DNA of 64,000 nt from Calditrichaceae bacterium (GTDB taxonomy: Bacteria > Calditrichota > Calditrichia > Calditrichales > JBFXGD01): assembly GCA_050173015.1 (NCBI GenBank), contig JBFXLE010000022.1, forward strand, positions 8,119-72,118, in the 5' to 3' direction. The notes under the pieces are model-generated. The model worked only from the letters and a program-made list of their open reading frames with translations, searched no databases and was not told the origin of the DNA. Shown here piece after piece: positions 62,508-64,000 of the stretch (position 1 is its first letter; each line of letters opens with the position of its first letter). Made by a program: the position numbers and the translations under genes.

Positions 62508-62709
62508 TAAAATATCCACTCCATATTTATTGGTTTTGTATAAAACGGCACTAAAGCAAGCTCTCTGCCGCAAAATTCTCCGATGCTTCCCTATTCATAT
62601 AAAACAACTTATTTTCGCATCGGAGTCATCGATAAAATGATCAACGCTATTCAAAATTTACGATATTTACGCCGGAAATGACAATTTTATATAGAATAAA
62701 ACGAATTCT

Positions 62710-63315
62710 TTATTCAGAAACAATATCTTTTTTTACGCCGTAAAACTGAGGGTATAATGTTTCTCTGCATTCCGGACAAATCGAATGGGAAAACTGAATA
62801 TCTCCGTAACGCCCGATATAATGCTCAAGGCTCTCCCAGTAATCCTCATCATTTCTCACATCCCGGCAATTCGCGCAAATAGGGATAATGTCGCGTAAAC
62901 TGATAATTTCGCTAATATCTTCCATGGTCAGAAGACAAAACTTATTGTCGGAAAAATCGATAGGTGATACCGTAATCAATAAATCCAGACGATGTTGTTC
63001 CTCATTTTCCTTAATATACAGCGTGGCCTTTTTTCTGTATATCTTTTGACCATTCATTGATTCGGTAACTGAATTTCTTACCACGCAATTTTTGCATTTC
63101 TTAGATTTGCCGCAACCGTTCGCCGAATTCAGACATTTAAGCAATTCTCCGCTATGAAGAGATGTTGTTTTACTCACATCTGATCCAAAACGATTCTCTG
63201 CAGATGTATTGGAATGATGTATCATCATATCGTCATCGACGATAAATATTAAGGCGGGAATGCCATCCAGCATTTCGCGCATTAACGGATAATTCCTGAA
63301 GAAATTAGTCAGCAT
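62710..63315 (-). CDS. PAS-domain protein with two Cys-rich motifs
   Basis: PAS-like core with CLNSANGCGKSKKCKNC; C-terminal IPICANCRDVR...W...FSHSICPEC. Confidence 0.75.
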   Translation of the reverse strand: MLTNFFRNYPLMREMLDGIPALIFIVDDDMMIHHSNTSAENRFGSDVSKTTSLHSGELLKCLNSANGCGKSKKCKNCVVRNSVTESMNGQKIYRKKATLYIKENEEQHRLDLLITVSPIDFSDNKFCLLTMEDISEIISLRDIIPICANCRDVRNDEDYWESLEHYIGRYGDIQFSHSICPECRETLYPQFYGVKKDIVSE

Positions 63316-63497
63316 TATACCCCCGGAATATAAAAATGGTGATTTTTCTGATGCAAGACAGTAAAACCTGGTGTTAAAAATCGGAGAGATACCTGCCAAC
63401 TTTAGATACGAACATCTTTTTGTTGATGACAAACGGATACAATATGTATGGATTCGGAATGACTCGCCGGATTAAGAAATATATTATTTTAGGGGGT

Positions 63498-63773
63498 TTA
63501 ATTCTTTTTCAGAAGAATCCAGACTCCGAAACCGACTAGAATGAAAGGAAGCAAAGGAATTATAAATCCCAGAGGAATCAGAATAACAGACAACAAAGCG
63601 GTGACTATTCCCAGTGGAACTAATACGGCCACAATAACGACAGCGGAAACGGCGAACCCAATCAAGAGAAAAGGTATAGAGAAAATAAAAATGCCTGCAT
63701 GAAAAAACACGCTAAGAAATTTTATGAAGAACCATGCAAGAAGCAGAACCATTAAAATTGCTAATATTTCCAT
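63498..63773 (-). CDS. Small hydrophobic membrane protein
   Basis: 91 aa almost entirely hydrophobic; GAGG RBS. Confidence 0.65.
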   Translation of the reverse strand: MEILAILMVLLLAWFFIKFLSVFFHAGIFIFSIPFLLIGFAVSAVVIVAVLVPLGIVTALLSVILIPLGFIIPLLPFILVGFGVWILLKKN

Positions 63774-64000
63774 ATGAACCTCATAAAAACATTAATTCAG
63801 ACAGCTACTTATCAATTTATTTATTTTTACGTGTGTTTTTGCTGAAAGATTCAAATTATCTAAACGTAATTAACTAACCTGAATAATTCATAAAAAAAGC
63901 TGTTTTCTCTAACAAGTAATTGTTTTATATTGTTTTAGCGAAACAAAAAAACAAAAACTAAATTAGAGAAACAGCTATGGATAAAAGTACAAATCAAATG

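Overview
Gene-dense bacterial chromosomal window. Fused ccoNO and alternative complex III, together with Shine-Dalgarno sites and sigma70-type promoters, suggest a non-Bacteroidota FCB-related lineage such as Calditrichota; this is an inference. (1) 1-21.7 kb is one co-oriented minus-strand respiratory supercluster: ctaB, actABCDEF(G), sco, A2-type caa3 oxidase, complete cbb3 oxidase plus maturation genes, and ctaA (truncated by the window edge and missed by the ORF track). (2) 22-37 kb holds PPi-dependent PFK, a degenerate SMC/YhaN-like protein, a pseudo-kinase with a sigma54 activator, PhoBR, an NYN-LOTUS protein and an M28 peptidase. (3) 37-48 kb is a candidate sigma54-controlled envelope module: sensor kinase and NtrC-type activator, OmpA-TSP3 protein, and a receiver-tolQRAB-X-pal-cpoB operon. 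Its two promoters share the same -24/-12 plus double-dyad enhancer architecture. (4) 53.4-54.5 kb is a structured palindromic REP-like array abutting a solo HUH (IS200/RAYT-like) transposase. (5) 54.7-55.8 kb has five tRNAs with tadA embedded. (6) 56-64 kb has a cold-shock protein, a short Rho, an aminopeptidase, a stand-alone tandem-AP2 protein, ppa, SUI1 and a Cys-rich PAS protein. All calls come from reading motifs by eye; no database searches were run.
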